Assembly: GCA_964016885.1 (NCBI GenBank)
Contig: OZ024740.1
Location: 241,862,001-241,926,000 of the forward strand
From: Eledone cirrhosa
Lineage: Eukaryota
Reading direction: 5' to 3'
Length of the DNA stretch: 64,000 nucleotides
Below are positions 52,923 to 64,000 of the stretch, piece by piece (the first letter of the stretch is position 1; each line of letters starts with the position of its first letter). Under the pieces are notes generated by a model. It ran no database searches. It saw nothing but the letters and a program-made list of their open reading frames with translations, and was not told the DNA's origin. The position numbers were made by a program, and so were the translations under genes.

Positions 52923-52929
<7 letters not shown>
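52526..52929. mobile_element. Fold-back element (CACAATGCTTCAAG tail group) with a hammerhead-like core
   Basis: Arms 52566-52746 / 52749-52929 (~181 bp, 2-nt loop), 40-nt tail, (TA)n on both sides. CT-CCGAAGA-AGATA tat TATCT c-GAA-AATT-A-AG at 52775-52807. Confidence 0.7.
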
Positions 52930-53007
<78 letters not shown>

Positions 53008-53049
53008 TATGTATCTATGTTTGTATATATATATGTTTGTGTGTGTGTG

Positions 53050-53537
53050 TTAAGTGTCTAACAATAGTTACAGGCGGCGCGCATTTCGAAGCTCTCGATA
53101 CTTTTACAAGGTCCGTTTTGTTTGGGTTGTATTCCAGTGTTACGGCTGTAGTGTGCAGAGTGTAAATAGATTTAAAAGAGTCGAAGTCAGTGTTGTAGCA
53201 TATGTACAAACTTTATTTGCATATTAAAATTGTTTCGTTATCGATCAGCTCAAGGTGACGGGACCCGACTCTTTTTCGACATCTCATCAGATATGCGAGC
53301 TTATATGTGCAGAGACACAGTTTAGATGTATCTTCGCACATATAAGCTCGCATATCTGATGAGATATCGAAAAAGAGTCGAGTCACGTCTCTGTTTGTAC
53401 CCTGAGCTGATTGATATCGAAACAATTGTAATATGTAAATAAAGTGTGTACATATGCTGCAACACTGACTTCGACTCTTTTAAATCTATTTACACTCTGC
53501 ACACTACAGCCGTAAATGACCTCGTAAAATATCGAGT
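53050..53537. mobile_element. Fold-back element (family F) with hammerheads
   Basis: Diverged arms ~53094-53310 / 53336-53537, between (TG)n and (TC)n tracts. Confidence 0.7.
53351..53435 (+). ncRNA. Type I hammerhead ribozyme with a fully canonical core
   Basis: CATAT-CTGATGA-GATATC[~44-nt loop]GATATC-GAA-ACAATTGT-A-ATATG, then AATAAA at 53438. Confidence 0.78.
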
Positions 53538-53551
53538 GATTTGAATCTTTT

Positions 53552-53643
<92 letters not shown>

Positions 53644-54731
53644 TTCTCTCTGTCTACATATATATATATATGTGTGTGGGTGTGTGTAAGAAATTGAAAC
53701 GGCGAGAGAGTTTGCTTTCCTCTACAACTATATGTTATTTAAATATTGAGTGAATGGAAATCATTATTTCCAAGAATATCTTGTCTGCTTGTCTGATGTC
53801 TGTTGATTATTCTAATATTTCTATGTTCTATAAACAGGGGAAGAGAATTAGACTCAATCAATTGAAAATTGATAAGAATTAAAGTGCCTTTGATGTTTTC
53901 CAGCATCAGGCGCTTATTCGTAGATAACATTTTCTGACGTCCACGCTCTTTTCCTAGACTTTGGTGACGTAAATGTATTAAAACATTTGTGATAACCGGG
54001 TATCCAAGGGTATATCGGGTCACACAATCCAGTATTAACATTGCCTTTTCTCTTCTTGTTTTTACTACACACTTCGTCTGTTACCCTCATAAATTATCTC
54101 CAACTAACGATTGCCATATTCCACATTGGCAGCTTACCTCAAATGGAGAATTTCATACTCCCTAATGCTTTATTCATTAAGCAACACGAACTGAAAAGTA
54201 AATGCCTTTCACAAAAATCATTTTATTACATTTTTTAACGAGCAACATTTTTTTAATCATTTTTATCCATTAAGTCGTTCTTGGCTCTTTCCTTACATAT
54301 ATTTCTTTGTTTTTAACTCCGATTTCTAACAGACTACTCTCTGTTTGGGATCAGAGCATGAGTTAAAGTTGATAAAGTGTTAACTGTATTGATATTACAG
54401 ATACATCAGATATGACAGAAACATCGGTGGGTCCAATACTTCGAATTGCTAGATGTCCGCATTACTACCCTTCCATTTCTACAAATTAGATATATCTATT
54501 TCTGTTGTTTTATTTGTATATATATTTAATATAATATTTCCAATATATATTTTTTATGTGCTAAAAGCTTGGGTTGTATGATCTATTTATAATTAAATTC
54601 CCTGTTATAAGTAATATTTCCGAAAGTTTAATCACTATTTCTTCATTGAATGACATTCTATTGTAGAATATGTTTTCATGTTGAACTATTGTTACTTTTG
54701 TTTCTGAAGGATTTAAAAGAAATATACTAAC

Positions 54732-55170
54732 CATCTTCAATCATGTTGTGAATAACATCAGATTTTATAACATCCAAGGCAGCATAGGAGGAACTCAGTT
54801 TTAAATATCTCTCTGTTGGTTTACTGGCAATTCGCACTAATTCGTAATAGTCAACTTTCCGTCCAACACCAATAACAAATAGCGTAATGTTTTCTTCTCG
54901 ACATTTATCCGCAGCTATCTGTGTAGCAGTCACATTTTGCGAAGTACCATCAGTCATCATTATAGCGATGTGCTTAACATTTCTGCGGCCGCCATTTTCC
55001 GGGCTAAACATATTGTCTTTCATGGTATACAATGCTTGGCTTATGTTAGTATTACCTCTTATTTGTTCAATTGTATCTAATCTTGATTTCAATACCGCTT
55101 TGTTATCTGACTCATCCAACCTAAAATGAACTCGGGCATTTGTGCTGAAGGAGAGAACACCAACTCTAAC
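54732..55170 (-). CDS. VWA (von Willebrand factor A) domain exon, matrilin/collagen VI/Pif-like extracellular protein
   Basis: Acceptor ttcactatag, donor gttagt. Translates VRVGVLSFST...RGNTNISQAL...GGRRNVKHIAIMMTDGTS...ITLFVIGVG...ELVRIAS. Phase 0 start joins exon 57092-57246. Confidence 0.92.
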
Positions 55171-55433
55171 CTATAGTGAATAAAAGTGAATAAGAAAAAC
55201 AAAAACGAAAGACGTTATTCATAAATCTCATATATTACATCACCACATATTACATTATATATTGGAAAATGTGTGAAATTCTTGGTAGAGTTAAGTATAT
55301 TTGAAAAAAGGAAAAAAATAACTTCACTTGTAGTTCTAAACAATTTGATTTAATTTTATAATATTATAATTTTACAATTTAGTTTTGTAAAACTATAATA
55401 TAAAATTAAATCAAATTGTTTCAAATATATATA

Positions 55434-55567
<134 letters not shown>

Positions 55568-55667
55568 GAGACGGATAGATAGATATTTTACCTACACTTA
55601 CACTACATTTCATCATGCATCGAGTACCACCCTGCTTTATGATCTTCCCGCCCTTCGAACCGATGAA

Positions 55668-55797
<130 letters not shown>

Positions 55798-57091
55798 GTT
55801 ATACAAAAAGTAGTACAATCGCAAATCAACCATCAGCATACATATTTAATACTATGAAGTGTTAGAAAGTGTTGATGTGTATAAACATGACAGTTAACAA
55901 TACGCTTCTGTTTGCTGAGATCTTAAAATAGTAGTAACTTTGTTTTCTTAGGATAGTATTGAAACATCAGATCAATTGATGGTTGTTGCCATTGGTCGTT
56001 GCCACTGCTAATGCGTAAATGTGAAGGTGTAGCGTATCCTATTTGATATCTGTCATTTCTGACGAAAATTCGCCAAACTCACATGACGTCACTTGTGGCC
56101 TATAAAAGTCCAAATCGAGAGCAAACTTTCTCCTCGTCTCATTTTACTACAATGGTGGTCACATAGGATTGCTCGCTGTGGCTAGCAATATTTGACTAGC
56201 TAGATGTATAAACAGTCATGGCTCTATTGCTTTATTCTCTCTGAACAATTTTAAATACCACCCATTGTCAGATATTTTACTACTATGATTCGATGCAATC
56301 ATATTTATAATTGAAGTTTATTATCTAAAGGCGTGTTACAGTTTTTGATGTGTTTTTACTGACTTCCACACACACCCACACAACCACACACACCCACACT
56401 CACGCTCACTCTCACGCACACATACTCACACTCATACACACACGTACACACACAGCTATTTTCGCTTCAAAGTTAAAGAGAATGGAAAACATGATACTGA
56501 TGATGATGGTGTAGATTAGTGGTGATGTCTCACGCAAATCAGCACTGATTAAGCAGATCTATAATCAAAGGCGTTGGCGATAACTTCTTTCGATTTCCTC
56601 ACTATCTACAATTACATTATTCAATGTGACCTTCCCTAATTTTAAAACAGCTAGGTGTGATTTGGAAGGAGATGTTGCTGATATTTATATGCTACCAGGT
56701 TATGCGATAATGTTAAAGCCCTTTCATTAGATTTTCAGTGGAGAACATGACAGCAGACAGAGTGTAGCGAAGGAATTTCATCGACAGTCCAACGCCTCAT
56801 CAACTCAGCTAAATACAGCTCTCTCTCTCGAGAAAAATGTTCCGTAATAAGGTTTAAAAGTGTTATCTTCATACAGTGCATGGAAACAATGTTAAAAATT
56901 TAAGTTCCACCGACGCCAAGAGATTATGTGTACGTGGTGTAAGTGAAATGGCTAAATTGGTATGGAATATCGGCCACATGATATTCGGCTTCTCGAAATG
57001 TTGCCATCACTATAACACTCTAAACTGATTGTACATTTGTTGTGGTAAGAGAAACAAATGAAAATATCTAAGTACAATTTATAATGCTTAC

Positions 57092-57246
57092 CTGGTGGGG
57101 CGCCATTCCAACATCCAGCTGATCAATCAAATATTCTACAAATTCAAGTTGCTTCTTAAAATTTGGAGGCCATATACTCGCCGAAGAGTCAAGTAGAAAC
57201 ACCAAATCCGCTGGGTTTCTATTAGAATATTTTATTGGATTTGCTT
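57092..57246 (-). CDS. VWA domain N-terminal exon with the MIDAS DxSxS motif (not in the ORF track)
   Basis: Acceptor tctattctacag, donor gtaagc. Translates ANPIKYSNRNPADLVFLLDSSASIWPPNFKKQLEFVEYLIDQLDVGMAPHQ. Upstream exons were not found in the window. Confidence 0.9.
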
Positions 57247-57262
57247 CTGTAGAATAGAGTTG

Positions 57263-57301
<39 letters not shown>

Positions 57302-60300
57302 TTTTCTTTATTAACCACAAGGGTTTACATAAAGTAGACATTAAGGACAGTACAGGACAATACAGGACGGTACAAATGGGCATTTCTGCGTGTAAAAAAC
57401 AGAGGATGTAATAAAATAACAAAGAAAAATTCCCCAATAGGGGGGAGACTTCCGAGGGACATTTGTGGAGAAAGCCCATTAAAAGACCACAGTGACCCTG
57501 ACCACCAGGGCAAGTGCCCTCTCCCACTTTTCCACCTTTAATTTACAGACACATACTCGGACAAGGCCCATTCATTCGGGCCATACTTGCTTCTCTCACC
57601 CATCTTTCAACAAAATGCTGGGAAGAGAGCACTTCCCTCTCTACCCTGGTTTTCCTTTTCAAATGAAATTTGAAAAAGTTAATCAGGGCATCACCGAAGA
57701 GGTAAGTGCTCGTCTTCAGCCCTTTCAAACGTGTCCACCATACTATCTCTTTCGCCATGGCTACCAGACAGATAAAAACTGCCTGCCCTTCCCGGCTAAA
57801 GGAGGAGGGCGGGGCAATCCTCACGATGGACTCACCTGATAGCTGGATCCGTCCTACACGTGACAGCAGGTGTTCGACATAAACCCACAAGTGAGCAATG
57901 CTCGGACACTGGACGAGTGCGTGCAGGACGGTTTCGTCGCCCTATGCGCATCTCGGACATGCCCGGCTGACGGCACCTCCATGCTTGTAGAGTTTATCCC
58001 GAACTGGCAAAGCACCCCGGTAGCACTGCCAGGCCAGGGATTTCTGGAAGTTGTCCATAGGCCCCGGCCCGAAAGTCCTTCCGAAGAGATTGGCTAGTTG
58101 ATTTTCGTCGACGCCTAGAGTTTCTCCAAGTACGTCGTCGCTCTTCCCCTCCACTAATCCCCTATAGAACGCCGAGGTGGAGTTTCCACCGATCACATTG
58201 CCCGATTGGTCGAGGGCTGTGAGGGCCTGAAGACATTCCAGTCTCCAAGCGCTCCCTCTCGGTCTTCGCTTGACCCAGGACTGCAGCTCCGTCAAGGAGA
58301 CGAGCTGGGGAAAAACGTGTCTAGCAAACGGCGACCACACCTGATCACCGTCGAGGAAGAGGTGGAGATGTCGTAGCCTGAGCGCGTGTCTGCGCATCAT
58401 CAGCCACGGCATACCCAGCCCTCCACGTAGCGGGTGTTGACAGCAGATGGACCGCCTGACCATCGGAGCGCGTCCCTTCCACAAGAAGCGAAAGAGCAAA
58501 CGCTCCAGCGCTGTCAGGCGGGGCATAGGACATGGTACGACGGTCAGGCGGTAGTAGATGACGTACGCGATGTACGCGTTAGCCACCTCCGCTCGACCTT
58601 TCAGGGATAGCTTCCTCTCGGCCCATTTCTGGGTGAGAGAAGCCACCCTGCTAGTCACCTCGTCCCAGTTTTTGTCCGTCTGGAGGTCTGGACCGAACCA
58701 GACCCCTAGCAATTTAACCGGTCCGTCCGTCCGTCCAGCGCCCGACGACGCTGTTGGACGGCATGGACCTGCCTCTCCAGGTGCCGAGCTGCAGGCTCAC
58801 TGACTTTTCCTGGTTGATCATTGCTCCTGTCACCTCTTCGTATTCTCTTAGTGTAGTGCCGATCGCCTCGATGTGTTTGGCGTTCGACACCACTACGGTG
58901 ACATCGTCCGCATATGCTGACACGGATCTTCCATATCCTAGTTCGCGCGGGAGCCCCCCTCAACGTCTCCAGTTTGTGCAGTAATGGCTCGAGAGTCAAT
59001 ACATACAATAGGGACGAGAGGGGACATCCTTGGCGGACCGAGCGCATGATGTTGAACGGTTCCGAAAGGTGACCTTTCACTCTCACTACAGAGCTGATGT
59101 CGCTGTGCATGGCAGCGATCCAGCCTCTGAAGACGGGCCCAAAGCCAGCCGCCCTCAGGACTGCCGCTAGGTAACGATGGTCGACCCTATCGAAGGCTTT
59201 CGACTGATCTAAATTGATCAAAGACCCACCCGTGCCAGGTTCCATAGCTACCCTCTCTACGATGTTGGCGTGGATGGATCTGTCGGGAATGGCGCATGTC
59301 TGTGCCTCTCCCACCAGACCACCAACGACAAGCGCCAACCTCTTTGCTAGCACCTTGGCCAAAATCTTGAACTCTGTGTTTAGCAGAGTTATGGGCCTGA
59401 AATTATCTATGCTATCCCCCTTGTTCGGATCCTTTCTCAGCAGCACCACCGCTCCTCGACTCACAGAGCTGGGAATTCTCCCCTTCTGTTGCCAGTTGCA
59501 GTAGACGTCCGCCAAGAGGCCTCCGAAAAAGTCTGGCATTTGTACGTAAAGTTCATAAGGAAGACCATCCAAACCAGGCGATTTACCCCTTGTGCAGCCA
59601 GTCATTGCCTCCCGTACTTCAGCGGTTGTTATCGGCTTTTCGCAACACTCAGCCTCAGTGGCCGAAAGCCGCGGCAGTCCGTCGAGGTAGACACTAAATT
59701 CCATCCCTCAATCCGGCCCGCCACTGCCCCCGAACAGTTGAGCGAAGTGTCGCTGAAAAGCTTCACACATTTGCCCGGGATCGAGTAGCATGCGCCCGTC
59801 GTGGTCCACCAAAGACCGGATCGTGGCTTTATTGCCACGACGCGCCTCCGCCACTCGGGCCCATTGAACGGTTTTCGTCCCCTCGTGTCTGAGAGCACGC
59901 ATCCTAGCTCTGACAACGCAGCCTTCGTGCTTTGCATTGAAGAATTGGTCAAGGGCCAATTTCGCCGCAAGTACGTCGGTCGCGATGCCTTTGCTAAGCG
60001 CCTCGTCTAATTTTCTAACTAATTCTCCCTCTGCTCTATTTTTCTCTATTGCTAAAGCCTTACTAAACCTAATGGACTCTATTCTAATTGCTCTTTTCAG
60101 AGCAAACCACCACTTGTTGTTGACGATGGCCCCCGTCAACGCCCGCTTAACTAGTTCGCTAATCTGGTCTCTGTAGGCCTTGCGCGCTGGTAAGGACGCG
60201 TTTAGCTTCCAGTAGCCGGGTCCTCGTATATGAAGCCTATCTAAGTCAAGCACACAGATCACGAATTTGTGGTCCGTGTAGCTGACTATCTTGAATTGTG

Positions 60301-63163
60301 GACAGCCTATGCTAGACCTATCTATTTCCCTACAAAATACTCTATCTAGATATGATCTGGATGACCCTATGCGATTTGTCCAAGTCCACATTGGTACACT
60401 CGGGAAATCCATTCGGTACGTGTCAGACAGTTCAAAACGCCTGAGCAGGTTGGTGAGGCTCTTGCACCCTCCTTCCCTATCCACTAATCCCACACAATCC
60501 CAGCGTGCATCTAAGATCCCGTTCCAGTCGCCCACTAACACTAAAGAGCGGGACGTTCCAAGAAAGGTCTCCAGACGCCGGAAGAAATCAGGCCGCCCTG
60601 CTCCTGTTGGGGCATAGATGGCCACTAACCTGAAAGCTTGCCCGTCTCCGCTGGTTACGTCCAGCACCACCAACTTACCTTCTGAGTCCAGGAAGATGGC
60701 CCGTATGGCAAGATCCAAACCTCTCCGAAAAAGCACAGCAACTCCTTCCCCCGATCCCGGACGGCTGGGAGATGCGTACACATCGTAGCCGCCGAAGATC
60801 GGTGCGAAGGCCCATGCTTCGGAGATTCTGGTCTCGCTGATGGCCACTACATCTATGTTTAGTGACCTGAGGTCGTTGAGCAGGTGGCCCTGCTTCCACG
60901 ACGACCCCAAGCCACGCGCATTTATGCTGCCTATTCTGAGTGAGGTCATGTTGAAAAGGAGTGGAAAAGATGGGAAAGACCACTTACCTTACTTCTCGTA
61001 GGGGAAGGACGGTTTTTCCATCCTTTTCACTGCTTGTGGCCTCCTCAGGAAGGATGTCCTTATAAATCCTCCTGGAGAGTGCTTGTCGGAAGTCTCCGAT
61101 GTCTTTGGGGAATATTTGTTTTAGTGTCATGTACATTTTCTGTGTGATGCGAGTGATTTGTATGTGTGGGGGTGGTGTGAATTTTTGGGTTGTTGTGTAG
61201 GCTTTGTCTGTGATGCTGGTGTTGTGTTGGATGTAGTGTAATAATTGCTTGTTGTTCAAATGTAATGCTGTGTAGTGTGTATCGTTTTGGTTGTTTTGTT
61301 TGCGTTTGTTGTGGGTTTGTTTCTGTTTCGCATTTTGGTGACTTTTGTGGTGTAGGTGATGGTGGTGTTGGGGTTAATGATGGTGATGGTATTGGTGTTA
61401 GGGTTGATGGGGTTGGTGATGCTGGTGTGGATGGTGGCATATCTGTCCTAACTTTTTTGTCTGTTAATTTATTTGTTTCCCTCTGTATTTTGTTTTTGGA
61501 GGGGGAAGGAAGAGAATTTTTTTCTTTTTTGGTTTCTTTTTTTTTTCCTGATACCGTTTCCCACTCCTCGTCGTCACAATCTGTCTCCAGTCGTGATAGG
61601 CCGGGGAGTGGAAAATCCTCCACAGGCGTTAGTTTTGGTTGTGGCGTGGTGGATGGTGTAGGCGCTGGTGCTAGTTCTGAAGTGTTGGGTGGTGGTGGTG
61701 TTGGTTTTGCTGGTGGTGGTGGTGTTGGTTTTGCTACTGTTGCTGGGGTTGTTGCTGTTATAGTTGCTTCTGTTGTTGCTGCTACAGTTGTTGCTGCCAT
61801 CCCTGCTACTGGTGGTGTTGATGGTTGTGTCACTGGGGTGGGTAGGAGAGGTGGCCTCAACCTTTTAGCCTGAGGGCAGAAAGCCCTTAGGTGGGTTCCT
61901 TCACCACAAACGACACAACTAGGCCCTCTGCCCTCGACAATTACGGTGAGGTGGCTGCCGTCAGTGAGGTCTATTACCTCTGGGATCTCCTCAATGCTTT
62001 TTTGGTCCGCTTGGATCAGGAGCTCCATCCCAGATCCGGACCAGTTCTCCTGCTTTTCTTTTGCTATTGCTATTATCTTTGTGTTGGCTTCGATGCCGGC
62101 GAGGACGGCCGCTATTAGCCAGGGAATTTCGATGGCCGGTGGAACGTGGGTCACCCTGATCTTTACGAGTCTCTGGCCACAATAGCTTGGGACGAGTGTG
62201 AAGTCGTCACTTCTTAATGGGGCCATGGAGTGTTCTCTAGCCTCCTCTGGTGTTTCAAAGAACACGTCCACGGTTCCATACTTTTGCCCACGTCTGATGT
62301 GGGTTTTTCTTGCCCACACATGTCCCAAAGCTTTTTGGATTTGGGATTCGGATGCCCTATTCCACTCGGCGCGATTTTACATTGATTGTTCGATACGACA
62401 CGGTGCATAGGCGCGGATGCTCCATTTTATTAGGTGGAGGGATGAGGCTGACCCTGTACCCATCTTTCTTTACCATTTTTTGGCCTTTTCTAAATCCTCC
62501 TGAGTTACCGTAAATGCTTCGAACTGTTTTGCTACTCTGGCAAAACTCAGGGTGGTTTTTTTAATGTCATTGTTGTTGTTGCTATCGTTATTTTTGTTAT
62601 TATTAATTTTAGTTTCAGTTGTGGTGGTGGTGACGTCAGTGAAGATCGGTTTCGGAGAGTCCATTTTGTTTGAAAATATTTCGACATCACGAGTTGATTT
62701 ATTTTTTCCTTTTGTTTCTGTTGTCGCGGTGGTGGTGGGGGTGGGGGTTGTCGCGGTGGTGGTGGTTGTGGCGGCTTTAACACCTGCAGTCATTGGTAAT
62801 GGCGGGAAATAAATGTCTGCCTGAGACAAATTTAAAATATTGCTAGTGCTTAAATTGTTTGTGTTGGAAGACGTATAATCATTTACAATGGTGGTGTCGG
62901 TTAATTTGTGAGAAAGGCTTTCAGCTGCTTGTTGTGCAGTGGTGAAGAAGCCATTTTATTTTCAAAGAAATTTTTTGATAATCATAAAAGTTTAAATTTT
63001 GGGCACAAGGCCCCAATCTTTTTGTGTGTCCTTTTCGGAAAACAATGTATGTGCGCTTATATATAGTTAACAATAAAAATTTTCCATAAATGGCAATTTT
63101 TAACAAACAGAAATAACAAACCTTTGTGGAGCTCACGATGATACGATTTACTGCGTAGGTCGC
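57263..63163 (-). mobile_element. Full-length L1/Tx1-clade LINE, frameshifted, between (AAT)n tracts
   Basis: ORF1 pieces 60984-62829 with a CX2CX4HX4C knuckle (CVVCGEGTHLRAFC) and a Pro/Thr-rich tail. ORF2 pieces 57543-60949 have APE (SINARGL, GDWN, YLDR, TDH), RT (FRPITLLN, QGCPLS, YADD) and a C-terminal Cys motif. 3' AATAAA plus (ATT)n. The 5' boundary is approximate. Confidence 0.92.
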
Positions 63164-63164
63164 C

Positions 63165-63218
<54 letters not shown>

Positions 63219-63219
63219 T

Positions 63220-63893
63220 TCCGAAGTCCCATTTACTGCTGAAATGGAAAACACAGAAAAAGCAAAGCAGGTAAAAGTAACTGCAAAGAAAGAACTGCTA
63301 CAGAAACTGGCTAAGAAATGGCAAGAAAAGCCTCTGTATGGAAAATACCCAGAAAGAGCTAACAATCCTGATGTTGACAAAACTTTAACCCATCAGTGGT
63401 TGGCATCCTCTGGACTGAAATCGGAGACTGAAGGACTGATTATATCAGCACAAGGTAAGTGTCTGCCAACAAAAGTTTACCTAGCCAACATAATAAAAAA
63501 TGGATGCAACCCATTATGCCGTGTATGTAGAAAACAACCAGAGATCATTGATCATATAATTTCAATGTGCAGTCCTATAGCTCCAACCGAATACCTAAAA
63601 AGGCATGACAGAGCTGCACAATACATACATTGGATAATGTGTAAGCATTTTGACCTGCCCCATCAAAAGAATTGATGGGAGTATCAACCACCTCCCATAC
63701 TTGAAAAAGATCACATCTCAATCTTGTGGAACTTTAGCATCCAAACAGACCGAAAAATAGATGCAAATAGACCTGATATAATACTGAAGGACTTTTAAAA
63801 GAGGGTATGCCTGCTTATTCATATGTCCGTTCCAATAGAATATATCTATAAAAACATTTGAAAAATTGAGCAAGTATAAGGACCTGGAGATAG
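63220..63893 (+). mobile_element. 5'-truncated, decayed R4/Dong-clade fragment (second subfamily) starting at (AAT)n
   Basis: ETEGLIISAQ, CRVCRKQPEIIDHIISMC, RHD and ILWNFSIQTDRKIDANRPDIIL, with stops. Confidence 0.85.
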
Positions 63894-63894
63894 A

Positions 63895-63975
63895 ACGTCG
63901 TCACTCTTCCCCTCCACTAGTCCTCTATAGAACGCCGAGGTGGATGTTCCACCGATGCTAGTGCCCAGCTGGTAG
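63895..63975 (-). mobile_element. Fragment of another Tx1-type ORF2
   Basis: acgtcgtcactcttcccctccactagtcc.ctatagaacgccgaggtgga matches ~58131-58195. Confidence 0.7.
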
Positions 63976-64000
63976 AAGGCACGTTGAGACATTTCACTTT

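Overview
Animal (metazoan) genomic DNA, AT-rich and dense in (TA)n/(CA)n/(AAT)n microsatellites. The SINE content suggests an octopus or other cephalopod (inference). Most of the window is mobile DNA: a tandem array of three R4/Dong-clade RT+RLE retrotransposons with (AAT)n tails (4.9-15.5 kb) plus two more decayed fragments, a near full-length RTE LINE in (TA)n (34.4-37.8 kb), two decayed RTE fragments with (AAG)n tails, a full-length frameshifted L1/Tx1-type LINE on the minus strand (57.3-63.2 kb), many tRNA-derived SINEs and a hAT MITE. The only clear host gene is a spliced VWA-domain gene on the minus strand (exons at 57.1, 54.7, 51.5 and probably 48.4 kb). The most striking unannotated signal is a set of about ten short non-coding fold-back (long inverted-repeat) elements, mostly abutting (TA)n or other dinucleotide tracts. 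They belong to several unrelated sequence families, and most carry a minimal type I hammerhead ribozyme (or a remnant) pointing outward from the fold-back axis, often with a palindromic stem III, a downstream AATAAA and an unpaired tail on one arm. This fits non-autonomous Penelope-like pLTR or retrozyme derivatives. One family occurs as circularly permuted, greater-than-unit-length copies, which suggests a circular RNA intermediate. All calls were made by eye; no searches or folding programs were run.
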